Shown: positions 15,001 to 30,000 of the stretch, one piece after another
How positions within the stretch are numbered: the stretch's first letter is position 1
How the letters are laid out: each line of letters opens with the position of its first letter
Origin: Eledone cirrhosa
Lineage: Eukaryota
DNA length: 64,000 bases
Assembly: GCA_964016885.1 (NCBI GenBank)
Contig: OZ024741.1
Span: forward strand, 395,684,001-395,748,000
Direction of reading: 5' to 3'
Made by a program: the position numbers and the translations under genes
The notes under the pieces: generated by a model
What the model saw: the letters and a program-made list of their open reading frames with translations, nothing else
What the model was told of the DNA's origin: nothing
Databases searched by the model: none

Positions 15001-18000
15001 TATATTCTCTTGTTGTGCGTGTCATACAACTAGCTATATTCTCTTCTTGTGAGTGTCATACAACTAGTTATATGCTCTTGTTGTGAATGTCATACAACAA
15101 GCTATATTCTCTTGTTGTGAGTGTTATACAACTAGCTATATTCTCTTGTTGTGAGTGTCATACAACTAGCTATATGCTCTTGTTGTGAATGTCATACAAC
15201 AAGCTATATTCTCTTGTTGTGAGTGTCATACAACTAACTATATACTCTTGTTGTGAGTGTCATACAACTAACTATATTCTCTTGTTGTGAGTGTCATACA
15301 ACTAGCTATATTCTCTTGTTGTGAGTGTCATACAACTAACTATATACTCTTGTTGTGATTGTCATACAACTTACTATATTCTCTTGTTGTGAGTGTCATA
15401 CAACTAGCTATATGCTCTTGTTGTGAGTGTCATACAACTAACTATATACTCTTGTTATGAGTGTCATACAACTAGCTATATTCTCTTGTTGTGAGTGTCA
15501 TACAACTAACATTATACTCTTGTTGTGAATGTCATATAACTAGCTATATGCTCTTGTTGCCAGTGTCATACAATTAACTATATTCTCTTGTTGTGAGTGT
15601 CATACAACTAGCTATATGCTCTTGTTGTGAGTGTCATACAACTAGATATATTCTCTTGTTGTGAGTGTCATACAACTAACTATATGCTCTTGTTGTGAGT
15701 GTCATACAACTAACTATATACTCTTGTTGTGAGTGTCATACAACTAGCTATATGCTCTTGTTGTGAGTGTCATACCACTAACTATATTCTCTTGTTGCGA
15801 GTGTCATACAACAAGCTATATTCTCTTGTTGTGAGTGTCATACAACTAACTATATTCTCTTGTTGTGAGTGTCATACAACTAACTTTATTCTCTTGTTGT
15901 GAGTGTCATACAACTAGCTATATTCTCTTGTTGTGAGTGTCATACAACTAACTCTATTCTCTTGTTGTGAGTGTCATACAACTAACTATATTCTCTTGTT
16001 GTGAGTGTCATACAACTAACTATATTCTCTTGTTGTGAGTGTCATACAACTACCTATATTCTCTTGTTGTGAGTGTCATACAACTAACTCTATTCTCTTG
16101 TTGTGAGTGTCATACAACTAACTATATACTCTTGTTGTGAGTGTCATACAACTAACTATATTCTCTTGTTGTGAGTGTCATACAACTAGCTATATTCTCT
16201 TGTTGTGAGTGTCATACCACTAACTATATTCTCTTGTTGCGAGTGTCATACAACAAGCTATATTCTCTTGTTGTGAGTATCATACAACTAAATATATTCT
16301 CTTGTTGTGAGTGTCATACAACTAACTCTATTCTCTTGTTGTGTATGTCATACAACTAGCTATATTCTCTTGTTGTGAGTATCATACAACTAACTCTATT
16401 CTCTTGTTGTGTGTGTCATACAACTAACTATATTCTCTTGTTATCAGTGTCATACAACTAGCTATATTCACTTGTTGTGAGTGTCATACAACTAACTATA
16501 CACTCTTGTTGTGATTGTCATACAACTAACAATATTCTCTTGTTGTGAGTGTCATACAACTAGCTATATGCTCTTGTTGTGAGTGTCATACAACTAACTA
16601 TATACTCTTGTTATGAGTGTCATACAACTAGCTATATTTTCTTGTTGCGAGTGTCATACAACTAACTATATACTCTTGTTGTGAATGTCATACAACTAAC
16701 TATATACTCTTGTTGTGAGTGTCATACAACTAACTATATGCTCTTGTTTCGAGTATCATACAACTAAATATATACTCTTGTTGTGAGTGTCATACAACTA
16801 ACTATATACACTTGTTGCGAGTGTCATACAAGTAACTATATACTCTTGTTGTGAGTGTCATACAACTAGCTATATGCTCTTGTTGCGAGTGTCATACAAC
16901 TAACTATATACTCTTGTTGTGAGTGTCATACAACTAACTATATTCTCTTGTTGTGAGTGTCATACAACTAGCTATATTCTCTTGTTGTGCGTGTCATACC
17001 ACTAACTATATTCTCTTGTTTCGAGTGTCATACAACTAACTATATACTCTTGTTGTCAGTGTCATACCACTAACTATATTCACTTGTTGCGAGTGTCATA
17101 CAACAAGCTATATTCTCTTGTTGTGAGTGTCATAAAACTAACTATATTCTCTTGTTGTGAGTGTCATACAACTAACTATATTCTCTTGTTGTGAGTGTCG
17201 TACAACTAACTATATTCTCTTGTTGTTAGTGTCATACAACTAACTATATTCTCTTGTTGTGAGTGTCACACAACTAGCTATATTTCTTGTTGTGAGTGTC
17301 ATACAACTAACTCTATTCTCTTGTTGTGAGTGTCATACAACTAACTATATTCTCTTGTTATCAGTGTCATACAACTAACTATATACTCTTGTTGTGAGTG
17401 TCATACAACTAACTATATATCCTTGTTGTGAGTGTCATACAACTAGCTATATTCTCTTGTTGTGATTGTCATACAACTAACTATATTCTCTTGTTGTGAG
17501 TGTCATACAACTAGCTATATTCCCTGTTGTTAGTGTCATACAACTAACTATATTCTCTTGTTGTGAGTGTCATACAACTAACTATATGCTCTTGTTGTGA
17601 GTGTCATACAACTAACTATACTCGCTTGTTGTGAGTGTCATACAACTAAATATATACTCTTGTTGTGAGTGTCATGCAACAAGCTATATTCTCTTGTTGT
17701 GACTGTCATACAACGAGCTATATTCTCTTGTCGTGAGTGTCATACAACTAGCTATATGCTCTTGTTGTGAGTGTCATACAACTAACTATATTCTCTTGTT
17801 GTGAGTGTCATATAACTAACTATATTCTCTTGTTGTGAGTGTCATACAACTAATTATATTCTCTTGTTGTGAGTGTCATACAACTAACTATATTCTCTTG
17901 TTGTGCGTGTCATACAACTAGCTATATTCTCTTCTTGTGAGTGTCATACAACTAGTTATATGCTCTTGTTGTGAATGTCATACAACAAGCTATATTCTCT

Positions 18001-21000
18001 TGTTGTGAGTGTCATACAACTAGCTATATTCTCTTGTTGTGAGTGTCATATAACTAGCTATATGCTCTTGTTGTGAATGTCATACAACAAGCTATATTCT
18101 CTTGTTGTGAGTGTCATACAACATACTATATACTCTTGTTGTGAGTGTCATACAACTAGCTATATTCTCTTGTTGTGAGTGTCATACAACTAACTATATA
18201 CTCTTGTTGTGATTGTCATACAACTAACAATTTTCTCTTGTTGTGAGTGTCATACAACTAGCTATATGCTCTTGTTGTGAGTGTCATACAACTAACTATA
18301 TACTCTTGTTATGAGTGTCATACAACTAGCTATATTCTCTTGTTGTGAGTGTCATACAACTAACTATATACTCTTGTTGTGAGTGTCATACAACTAACTA
18401 TATTCTCTTGTTGTGATTGTCATACCACTAACTATATTCACTTGTTGCGAGTGTCATACAACAAGCTATATTCTCTTGTTGTGAGTGTCATAAAACTAAC
18501 TATATTCTCTTGTTGTGAGTGTCATACAACTAACTATATTCTCTTGTTGTGAGTGTCATACAACTAACTATATTCTCTTGTTGTGAGTGTCATACAACTA
18601 ACTATATTCTCTTGTTGTGAGTGTCATACAACTAGCTATATTTCTTGTTGTGAGTGTCATACAACTAACTCTATTCTCTTGTTGTGAGTGTCATACAACT
18701 AACTATATTCTCTTGTTATCAGTGTCATACAACTAACTATATACTCTTGTTGTGAGTGTCATACAACTAACTATATACTCTTGTTGTGAGTGTCATACAA
18801 CTAGCTATATTCTCTTGTTGTGATTGTCATACAACTAACTATATTCTCTTGTTGTGAGTGTCATACAACTAGCTATATTCCCTGTTGTGAGTGTCATACA
18901 ACTAACTATATTCTCTTGTTGTTAGTGTCATACAACTAACTATATTCTCTTGTTGTGAGTGTCATACAACTAACTATATGCTCTTGTTGTGAGTGTCATA
19001 CAACTAACTATATTCGCTTGTTGTGAGTGTCATACAACTAACTATATACTCTTGTTGTGAGTGTCATGCAACAAGCTATATTCTCTTGTTGTGACTGTCA
19101 TAAAACGAGCTATATTCTCTTGTCGTGAGTGTCATACAACTAGCTATATGCTCTTGTTGTGAATGTCATACAACAAGCTATATTCTCTTGTTGTGAGTGT
19201 CATACAACTAGCTATATTCTCTTGTTGTGAGTGTCATACAACTAACTATATTCTCTTGTTGTGAGTGTCATATAACTAACTATATTCTCTTGTTGTGTGT
19301 GTCATACAACTAACTATATTCTCTTCTTGTGAGTGTCATACAACTAGCTATATACTCTTGTTGTGAGTGTCATACAACTAACTATATTCTCTTGTTGTGA
19401 GTGTCATACAACTAATTATATTCTCTTGTTGTGAGAGTCATACAACTAACTATATTCTCTTGTTGTGCGTGTCATACAACTAGCTATATTCTCTTCTTGT
19501 GAGTGTCATACAACTAGTTATATGCTCTTGTTGTGAATGTCATACAACAAGCTATATTCTCTTGTTGTGAGTGTCATACAACTAGCTATATTCTCTTGTT
19601 GTGAGTGTCATACAACTAGCTATATGCTCTTGTTGTGAATGTCATACAACAAGCTATATTCTCTTGTTGTGAGTGTCATACAACTAACTATATACTCTTG
19701 TTGTGAGTGTCATATAACTAACTATATTCTCTTGTTGTGAGTGTCATACAACTAGCTATATTCTCTTGTTGTGAGTGTCATACAACTAATTATATACTCT
19801 TGTTGTGATTGTCATACAACTAACAATATTCTCTTGTTGTGAGTGTCATACAACTAGCTATATGCTCTTGTTGTGAGTGTCATACAACTAACTATATACT
19901 CTTGTTATGAGTGTCATACAACTAGCTATATTCTCTTGTTGTGAGTGTCATACAACTAACTATATACTCTTGTTGTGAATGTCATACAACTAGCTATATG
20001 CTCTTGTTGCGAGTGTCATACAACTAACTATATACTCTTGTTGTGAGTGTCATACAAATAGCTATATGCTCTTGTTGTGAGTGTCATACAACTAACTATA
20101 TACTCTTGTTGTGAGTGTATACAACTAGCTATATGCTCTTGTTGCGAGTGTCATACAACTAACTATATACTCTTGTTGTGAGTGTCATACAACTAACTAT
20201 ATACTCTTGTTGTGAGTGTCATACAACTAACTATAAGCTCTTGTTGCGAGTATCATACAACTAACTATATACTCTTGTTGTGAGTGTCATACAACTAACT
20301 ATATACTCTTGTTGCGAGTGTCATACAACTAACTATATACTCTTGTTGTGAGTGTCATACAACTAACTATATTCTCTTGTTATCAGTGTCATACAACTAA
20401 CTATATACTCTTGTTGTGAGTGTCATACAACTAACTATATACTCTTGTTGTGAGTGTCATGCAACAAGCTATATTCTCTTGTTGTGAGTGTCATACAACG
20501 AGCTATATTCTCTTGTCGTGAGTGTCATACAACTAGCTATATGCTCTTGTCGTGAATGTCATACAACAAGCTATATTCTCTTGTTGTGAGTGTCATACAA
20601 CTAGCTATATTCTCTTGTTGTGAGTGTCATACAACTAACTATATTCTCTTGTTGTGAGTGTCATATAACTAACTATATTCTCTTGTTGTGTGTGTCATAC
20701 AACTAACTATATTCTCTTGTTGTGAGTGTCATACAACTAGCTATATACTCTTGTTGTGAGTGTCATACAACTAACTATATTCTCTTGTTGTGAGTGTCAT
20801 ACAACTAACTATATTCTCTTCTTGTGAGTGTCATACAACTAGTTATATGCTCTTGTTGTGAATGTCATACAACAAGCTATATTCTCTTGTTGTGAGTGTC
20901 ATACAACTAGCTATATTCTCTTGTTGTGAGTGTCATACAACTAGCTATATGCTCTTGTTGTGAATGTCATACAACAAGCTATATTCTCTTGTTGTGAGTG

Positions 21001-24000
21001 TCATACAACTAAATATATACTCTTGTTGTGAGTGTCATACAACTAACTATATTCTCTTGTTGTGAGTGTCATACAACTAGCTATATTCTCTTGTTGTGAG
21101 TGTCATACAACTAACTATATACTCTTGTTGTGATTGTCATACAACTAACTATATTCTCTTGTTGTGAGTGTCATACAACTAGCTATATGCTCTTGTTGTG
21201 AGTGTCATACAACTAACTATATACTCTTGTTGTGAATGTCATATAACTAGCTATATGCTCTTGTTGCCAGTGTCATACAATTAACTATATTCTCTTGTTG
21301 TGAGTGTCTTACAACTAGCTATATGCTCTTGTTGTGAGTGTCATACAACTAGATATATTCTCTTGTTGTGAGTGTCATACAACTAACTATATGCTCTTGT
21401 TGTGAGTGTCATACAACTAGCTATATTCTCTTGTTGTGAGTGTCATACAACTAGCTATATGCTCTTGTTGTGAATGTCATACAACAAGCTATATTCTCTT
21501 GTTGTGAGTGTCATACAACTAACTATATACTCTTGTTGTGAGTGTCATATAACTAACTATATTCTCTTGTTGTGAGTGTCATACAACTAGCTATATTCTC
21601 TTGTTGTGAGTGTCATACAACTAATTATATACTCTTGTTGTGATTGTCATACAACTAACAATATTCTCTTGTTGTGAGTGTCATACAACTAGCTATATGC
21701 TCTTGTTGTGAGTGTCATACAACTAACTATATACTCTTGTTATGAGTGTCATACAACTAGCTATATTCTCTTGTTGTGAGTGTCATACAACTAACTATAT
21801 ACTCTTGTTGTGAATGTCATACAACTAGCTATATGCTCTTGTTGCGAGTGTCATACAACTAACTATATACTCTTGTTGTGAGTGTCATACAAATAGCTAT
21901 ATGCTCTTGTTGTGAGTGTCATACAACTAACTATATACTCTTGTTGTGAGTGTATACAACTAGCTATATGCTCTTGTTGCGAGTGTCATACAACTAACTA
22001 TATACTCTTGTTGTGAGTGTCATACAACTAACTATATACTCTTGTTGTGAGTGTCATACAACTAACTATAAGCTCTTGTTGCGAGTATCATACAACTAAC
22101 TATACACTCTTGTTGTGAGTGTCATACAACTAACTATATACTCTTGTTGCGAGTGTCATACAACTAACTATATACTCTTGTTGTGAGTGTCATACAACTA
22201 ACTATATTCTCTTGTTATCAGTGTCATACAACTAACTATATACTCTTGTTGTGAGTGTCATACAACTAACTATATACTCTTGTTGTGAGTGTCATGCAAC
22301 AAGCTATATTCTCTTGTTGTGAGTGTCATACAACGAGCTATATTCTCTTGTCGTGAGTGTCATACAACTAGCTATATGCTCTTGTCGTGAATGTCATACA
22401 ACAAGCTATATTCTCTTGTTGTGAGTGTCATACAACTAGCTATATTCTCTTGTTGTGAGTGTCATACAACTAACTATATTCTCTTGTTGTGAGTGTCATA
22501 TAACTAACTATATTCTCTTGTTGTGTGTGTCATACAACTAACTATATTCTCTTGTTGTGAGTGTCATACAACTAGCTATATACTCTTGTTGTGAGTGTCA
22601 TACAACTAACTATATTCTCTTGTTGTGAGTGTCATACAACTAACTATATTCTCTTCTTGTGAGTGTCATACAACTAGTTATATGCTCTTGTTGTGAATGT
22701 CATACAACAAGCTATATTCTCTTGTTGTGAGTGTCATACAACTAGCTATATTCTCTTGTTGTGAGTGTCATACAACTAGCTATATGCTCTTGTTGTGAAT
22801 GTCATACAACAAGCTATATTCTCTTGTTGTGAGTGTCATACAACTAAATATATACTCTTGTTGTGAGTGTCATACAACTAACTATATTCTCTTGTTGTGA
22901 GTGTCATACAACTAGCTATATTCTCTTGTTGTGAGTGTCATACAACTAACTATATACTCTTGTTGTGATTGTCATACAACTAACTATATTCTCTTGTTGT
23001 GAGTGTCATACAACTAGCTATATGCTCTTGTTGTGAGTGTCATACAACTAACTATATACTCTTGTTGTGAATGTCATATAACTAGCTATATGCTCTTGTT
23101 GCCAGTGTCATACAATTAACTATATTCTCTTGTTGTGAGTGTCTTACAACTAGCTATATGCTCTTGTTGTGAGTGTCATACAACTAGATATATTCTCTTG
23201 TTGTGAGTGTCATACAACTAACTATATGCTCTTGTTGTGAGTGTCATACAACTAACTATATGCTCTTGTTGTGAGTGTCATACCACTAACTATATTCTCT
23301 TGTTGCGAGTGTCATACAACAAGCTATATTCTCTTGTTGTGAGTGTCATACAACTAACTATATTCTCTTGTTGTGAGTGTCATACAACTAACTTTATTCT
23401 CTTGTTGTGAGTGTCATACAACTAGCTATATTCTCTTGTTGTGAGTGTCATACAACTAACTCTATTCTCTTGTTGTGAGTGTCATACAACTAACTATATT
23501 CTCTTGTTGTGAGTGTCATACAACTAACTATATTCTCTTGTTGTGAGTGTCATACAACTAGCTATATTCTCTTGTTGTGAGTGTCATACAACTAAATCTA
23601 TTCTCTTGTTGTGAGTGTCAGACAACTAACTATATACTCTTGTTGTGAGTGTCATACAACTAACTATATTCTCTTGTTGTGAGTGTCATACAACTAGCTA
23701 TATTCTCTTGTTGTGAGTGTCATACCACTAACTATATTCTCTTGTTGCGAGTGTCATACAACAAGCTATATTCTCTTGTTGTGAGTATCATACAACTAAA
23801 TATATTCTCTTGTTGTGAGTGTCATACAACTAACTCTATTCTCTTGTTGTGTATGTCATACAACTAGCTATATTCTCTTGTTGTGAGTATCATACAACTA
23901 ACTCTATTCTCTTGTTGTGTGTGTCATACAACTAACTATATTCTCTTGTTATCAGTGTCATACAACTAGCTATATTCACTTGTTGTGAGTGTCATACAAC

Positions 24001-27000
24001 TAACTATACACTCTTGTTGTGATTGTCATACAACTAACAATATTCTCTTGTTGTGAGTGTCATACAACTAGCTATATGCTCTTGTTGTGAGTGTCATACA
24101 ACTAGCTATATGCTCTTGTTGCGAGCGTCATACAACTAACTATATTCTCTTGTTATCAGTGTCATACAACTAACTATATACTCTTGTTGTGAGTGTCATA
24201 CAACTAACTATATACTCTTGTTGTGAGTGTCATGCAACAAGCTATATTCTCTTGTTGTGAGTGTCATACAACGAGCTATATTCTCTTGTCGTGAGTGTCA
24301 TACAACTAGCTATATGCTCTTGTCGTGAATGTCATACAACAAGCTATATTATCTTGTTGTGAGTGTCATACAACTAGCTATATTCTCTTGTTGTGAGTGT
24401 CATACAACTAACTATATTCTCTTGTTGTGAGTGTCATATAACTAACTATATTCTCTTGTTGTGTGTGTGATACAACTAACTATATTCTCTTGTTGTGAGT
24501 GTCATACAACTAGCTATATACTCTTGTTGTGAGTGTCATACAACTAACTATATTCTCTTGTTGTGAGTGTCATACAACTAACTATATTCTCTTCTTGTGA
24601 GTGTCATACAACTAACTATATTCTCTTGTTGTGCGTGTCATACAACTAGCTATATTCTCTTCTTGTGAGTGTCATACAACTAGTTATATGCTCTTGTTGT
24701 GAATGTCATACAACAAGCTATATTCTCTTGTTGTGAGTGTCATACAACTAGCTATATTCTCTTGTTGTGAGTGTCATACAACTAGCTATATGCTCTTGTT
24801 GTGAATGTCATACAACAAGCTATATTCTCTTGTTGTGAGTGTCATACAACTAACTATATACTCTTGTTGTGAGTGTCATATAACTAACTATATTCTCTTG
24901 TTGTGAGTGTCATACAACTAGCTATATTCTCTTGTTGTGAGTGTCATACAACTAATTATATACTCTTGTTGTGATTGTCATACAACTAACAATATTCTCT
25001 TGTTGTGAGTGTCATACAACTAGCTATATGCTCTTGTTGTGAGTGTCATACAACTAACTATATACTCTTGTTATGAGTGTCATACAACTAGCTATATTCT
25101 CTTGTTGTGAGTGTCATACAACTAACTATATACTCTTGTTGTGAATGTCATACAACTAGCTATATGCTCTTGTTGCGAGTGTCATACAACTAACTATATA
25201 CTCTTGTTGTGAGTGTCATACAAATAGCTATATGCTCTTGTTGTGAGTGTCATACAACTAACTATATACTCTTGTTGTGAGTGTATACAACTAGCTATAT
25301 GCTCTTGTTGCGAGTGTCATACAACTAACTATATACTCTTGTTGTGAGTGTCATACAACTAACTATATACTCTTGTTGTGAGTGTCATACAACTAACTAT
25401 AAGCTCTTGTTGCGAGTATCATACAACTAACTATATACTCTTGTTGTGAGTGTCATACAACTAACTATATACTCTTGTTGCGAGTGTCATACAACTAACT
25501 ATATACTCTTGTTGTGAGTGTCATACAACTAACTATATTCTCTTGTTATCAGTGTCATACAACTAACTATATACTCTTGTTGTGAGTGTCATACAACTAA
25601 CTATATACACTTGTTGCGAGTGTCATACAAGTAACTATATACTCTTGTTGTGAGTGTCATACAACTAGCTATATGCTCTTGTTGCGAGCGTCATACAACT
25701 AACTATATTCTCTTGTTATCAGTGTCATACAACTAACTATATACTCTTGTTGTGAGTGTCATACAACTAACTATATACTCTTGTTGTGAGTGTCATGCAA
25801 CAAGCTATATTCTCTTGTTGTGAGTGTCATACAACGAGCTATATTCTCTTGTCGTGAGTGTCATACAACTAGCTATATGCTCTTGTCGTGAATGTCATAC
25901 AACAAGCTATATTCTCTTGTTGTGAGTGTCATACAACTAGCTATATTCTCTTGTTGTGAGTGTCATACAACTAACTATATTCTCTTGTTGTGAGTGTCAT
26001 ATAACTAACTATATTCTCTTGTTGTGTGTGTCATACAACTAACTATATTCTCTTGTTGTGAGTGTCATACAACTAGCTATATACTCTTGTTGTGAGTGTC
26101 ATACAACTAACTATATTCTCTTGTTGTGAGTGTCATACAACTAACTATATTCTCTTCTTGTGAGTGTCATACAACTAACTATATTCTCTTGTTGTGCGTG
26201 TCATACAACTAGCTATATTCTCTTCTTGTGAGTGTCATACAACTAGTTATATGCTCTTGTTGTGAATGTCATACAACAAGCTATATTCTCTTGTTGTGAG
26301 TGTCATACAACTAGCTATATTCTCTTGTTGTGAGTGTCATACAACTAGCTATATGCTCTTGTTGTGAATGTCATACAACAAGCTATATTCTCTTGTTGTG
26401 AGTGTCATACAACTAACTATATACTCTTGTTGTGAGTGTCATACAACTAACTATATTCTCTTGTTGTGAGTGTCATACAACTAGCTATATTCTCTTGTTG
26501 TGAGTGTCATACAACTAACTATATACTCTTGTTGTGGTTGTCATACAACTAACTATATTCTCTTGTTGTGAGTGTCATACAACTAGCTATATGCTCTTGT
26601 TGTGAGTGTCATACAACTAACTATATACTCTTGTTGTGAATGTCATATAACTAGCTATATGCTCTTGTTGCCAGTGTCATACAATTAACTATATTCTCTT
26701 GTTGTGAGTGTCTTACAACTAGCTATATGCTCTTGTTGTGAGTGTCATACAACTAGATATATTCTCTTGTTGTGAGTGTCATACAACTAACTATATGCTC
26801 TTGTTGTGAGTGTCATACAACTAACTATATGCTCTTGTTGTGAGTGTCATACCACTAACTATATTCTCTTGTTGCGAGTGTCATACAACAAGCTATATTC
26901 TCTTGTTGTGAGTGTCATACAACTAACTATATTCTCTTGTTGTGAGTGTCATACAACTAACTTTATTCTCTTGTTGTGAGTGTCATACAACTAGCTATAT

Positions 27001-30000
27001 TCTCTTGTTGTGAGTGTCATACAACTAACTCTATTCTCTTGTTGTGAGTGTCATACAACTAACTATATTCTCTTGTTGTGAGTGTCATACAACTAACTAT
27101 ATTCTCTTGTTGTGAGTGTCATACAACTAGCTATATTCTCTTGTTGTGAGTGTCATACAACTAAATCTATTCTCTTGTTGTGAGTGTCAGACAACTAACT
27201 ATATACTCTTGTTGTGAGTGTCATACAACTAACTATATTCTCTTGTTGTGAGTGTCATACAACTAGCTATATTCTCTTGTTGTGAGTGTCATACCACTAA
27301 CTATATTCTCTTGTTGCGAGTGTCATACAACAAGCTATATTCTCTTGTTGTGAGTATCATACAACTAAATATATTCTCTTGTTGTGAGTGTCATACAACT
27401 AACTCTATTCTCTTGTTGTGTATGTCATACAACTAGCTATATTCTCTTGTTGTGAGTATCATACAACTAACTCTATTCTCTTGTTGTGTGTGTCATACAA
27501 CTAACTATATTCTCTTGTTATCAGTGTCATACAACTAGCTATATTCACTTGTTGTGAGTGTCATACAACTAACTATACACTCTTGTTGTGATTGTCATAC
27601 AACTAACAATATTCTCTTGTTGTGAGTGTCATACAACTAGCTATATGCTCTTGTTGTGAGTGTCATACAACTAGCTATATGCTCTTGTTGCGAGCGTCAT
27701 ACAACTAACTATATTCTCTTGTTATCAGTGTCATACAACTAACTATATACTCTTGTTGTGAGTGTCATACAACTAACTATATACTCTTGTTGTGAGTGTC
27801 ATGCAACAAGCTATATTCTCTTGTTGTGAGTGTCATACAACGAGCTATATTCTCTTGTCGTGAGTGTCATACAACTAGCTATATGCTCTTGTCGTGAATG
27901 TCATACAACAAGCTATATTATCTTGTTGTGAGTGTCATACAACTAGCTATATTCTCTTGTTGTGAGTGTCATACAACTAACTATATTCTCTTGTTGTGAG
28001 TGTCATATAACTAACTATATTCTCTTGTTGTGTGTGTGATACAACTAACTATATTCTCTTGTTGTGAGTGTCATACAACTAGCTATATACTCTTGTTGTG
28101 AGTGTCATACAACTAACTATATTCTCTTGTTGTGAGTGTCATACAACTAACTATATTCTCTTCTTGTGAGTGTCATACAACTAACTATATTCTCTTGTTG
28201 TGCGTGTCATACAACTAGCTATATTCTCTTCTTGTGAGTGTCATACAACTAGTTATATGCTCTTGTTGTGAATGTCATACAACAAGCTATATTCTCTTGT
28301 TGTGAGTGTCATACAACTAGCTATATTCTCTTGTTGTGAGTGTCATACAACTAGCTATATGCTCTTGTTGTGAATGTCATACAACAAGCTATATTCTCTT
28401 GTTGTGAGTGTCATACAACTAACTATATACTCTTGTTGTGAGTGTCATACAACTAACTATATTCTCTTGTTGTGAGTGTCATACAACTAGCTATATTCTC
28501 TTGTTGTGAGTGTCATACAACTAACTATATACTCTTGTTGTGATTGTCATACAACTAACTATATTCTCTTGTTGTGAGTGTCATACAAGTAACTATATGC
28601 TCTTGTTGTGAGTGTCATACAACTAACTATATACTCTTGTTATGAGTGTCATACAACTAGCTATATTCTCTTGTTGTGAGTGTCATACAACTAACTATAT
28701 ACTCTTGTTGTGAATGTCATATAACTAGCTATATGCTCTTGTTGCCAGTGTCATACAATTAACTATATTCTCTTGTTGTGAGTGTCTTACAACTGGCTAT
28801 ATGCTCTTGTTGTGAGTGTCATACAACTAGATATATTCTCTTGTTGTGAGTGTCATACAACTAACTATATGCTCTTGTTGTGAGTGTCATACAACTAACT
28901 ATATACTCTTGTTGTGAGTGTCATACAACTAGCTATATGCTCTTGTTGTGAGTGTCATACCACTAACTATATTCTCTTGTTGCGAGTGTCATACAACAAG
29001 CTATATTCTCTTGTTGTGAGTGTCATACAACTAACTATATTCTCTTGTTGTGAGTGTCATACAACTAATTTTATTCTCTTGTTGTGAGTGTCATACAACT
29101 AGCTATATTCTCTTGTTGTGAGTGTCATACAACTAACTATATTCTCTTCTTGTGAGTGTCATACAACTAACTATATTCTCTTGTTGTGCGTGTCATACAA
29201 CTAGCTATATTCTCTTCTTGTGAGTGTCATACAACTAGTTATATGCTCTTGTTGTGAATGTCATACAACAAGCTATATTCTCTTGTTGTGAGTGTCATAC
29301 AACTAGCTATATTCTCTTGTTGTGAGTGTCATACAACTAGCTATATGCTCTTGTTGTGAATGTCATACAACAAGCTATATTCTCTTGTTGTGAGTGTCAT
29401 ACAACTAACTATATACTCTTGTTGTGAGTGTCATATAACTAACTATATTCTCTTGTTGTGAGTGTCATACAACTAGCTATATTCTCTTGTTGTGAGTGTC
29501 ATACAACTAATTATATACTCTTGTTGTGATTGTCATACAACTAACAATATTCTCTTGTTGTGAGTGTCATACAACTAGCTATATGCTCTTGTTGTGAGTG
29601 TCATACAACTAACTATATACTCTTGTTATGAGTGTCATACAACTAGCTATATTCTCTTGTTGTGAGTGTCATACAACTAACTATATACTCTTGTTGTGAA
29701 TGTCATACAACTAGCTATATGCTCTTGTTGCGAGTGTCATACAACTAACTATATACTCTTGTTGTGAGTGTCATACAAATAGCTATATGCTCTTGTTGTG
29801 AGTGTCATACAACTAACTATATACTCTTGTTGTGAGTGTATACAACTAGCTATATGCTCTTGTTGCGAGTGTCATACAACTAACTATATACTCTTGTTGT
29901 GAGTGTCATACAACTAACTATATACTCTTGTTGTGAGTGTCATACAACTAACTATAAGCTCTTGTTGCGAGTATCATACAACTAACTATATACTCTTGTT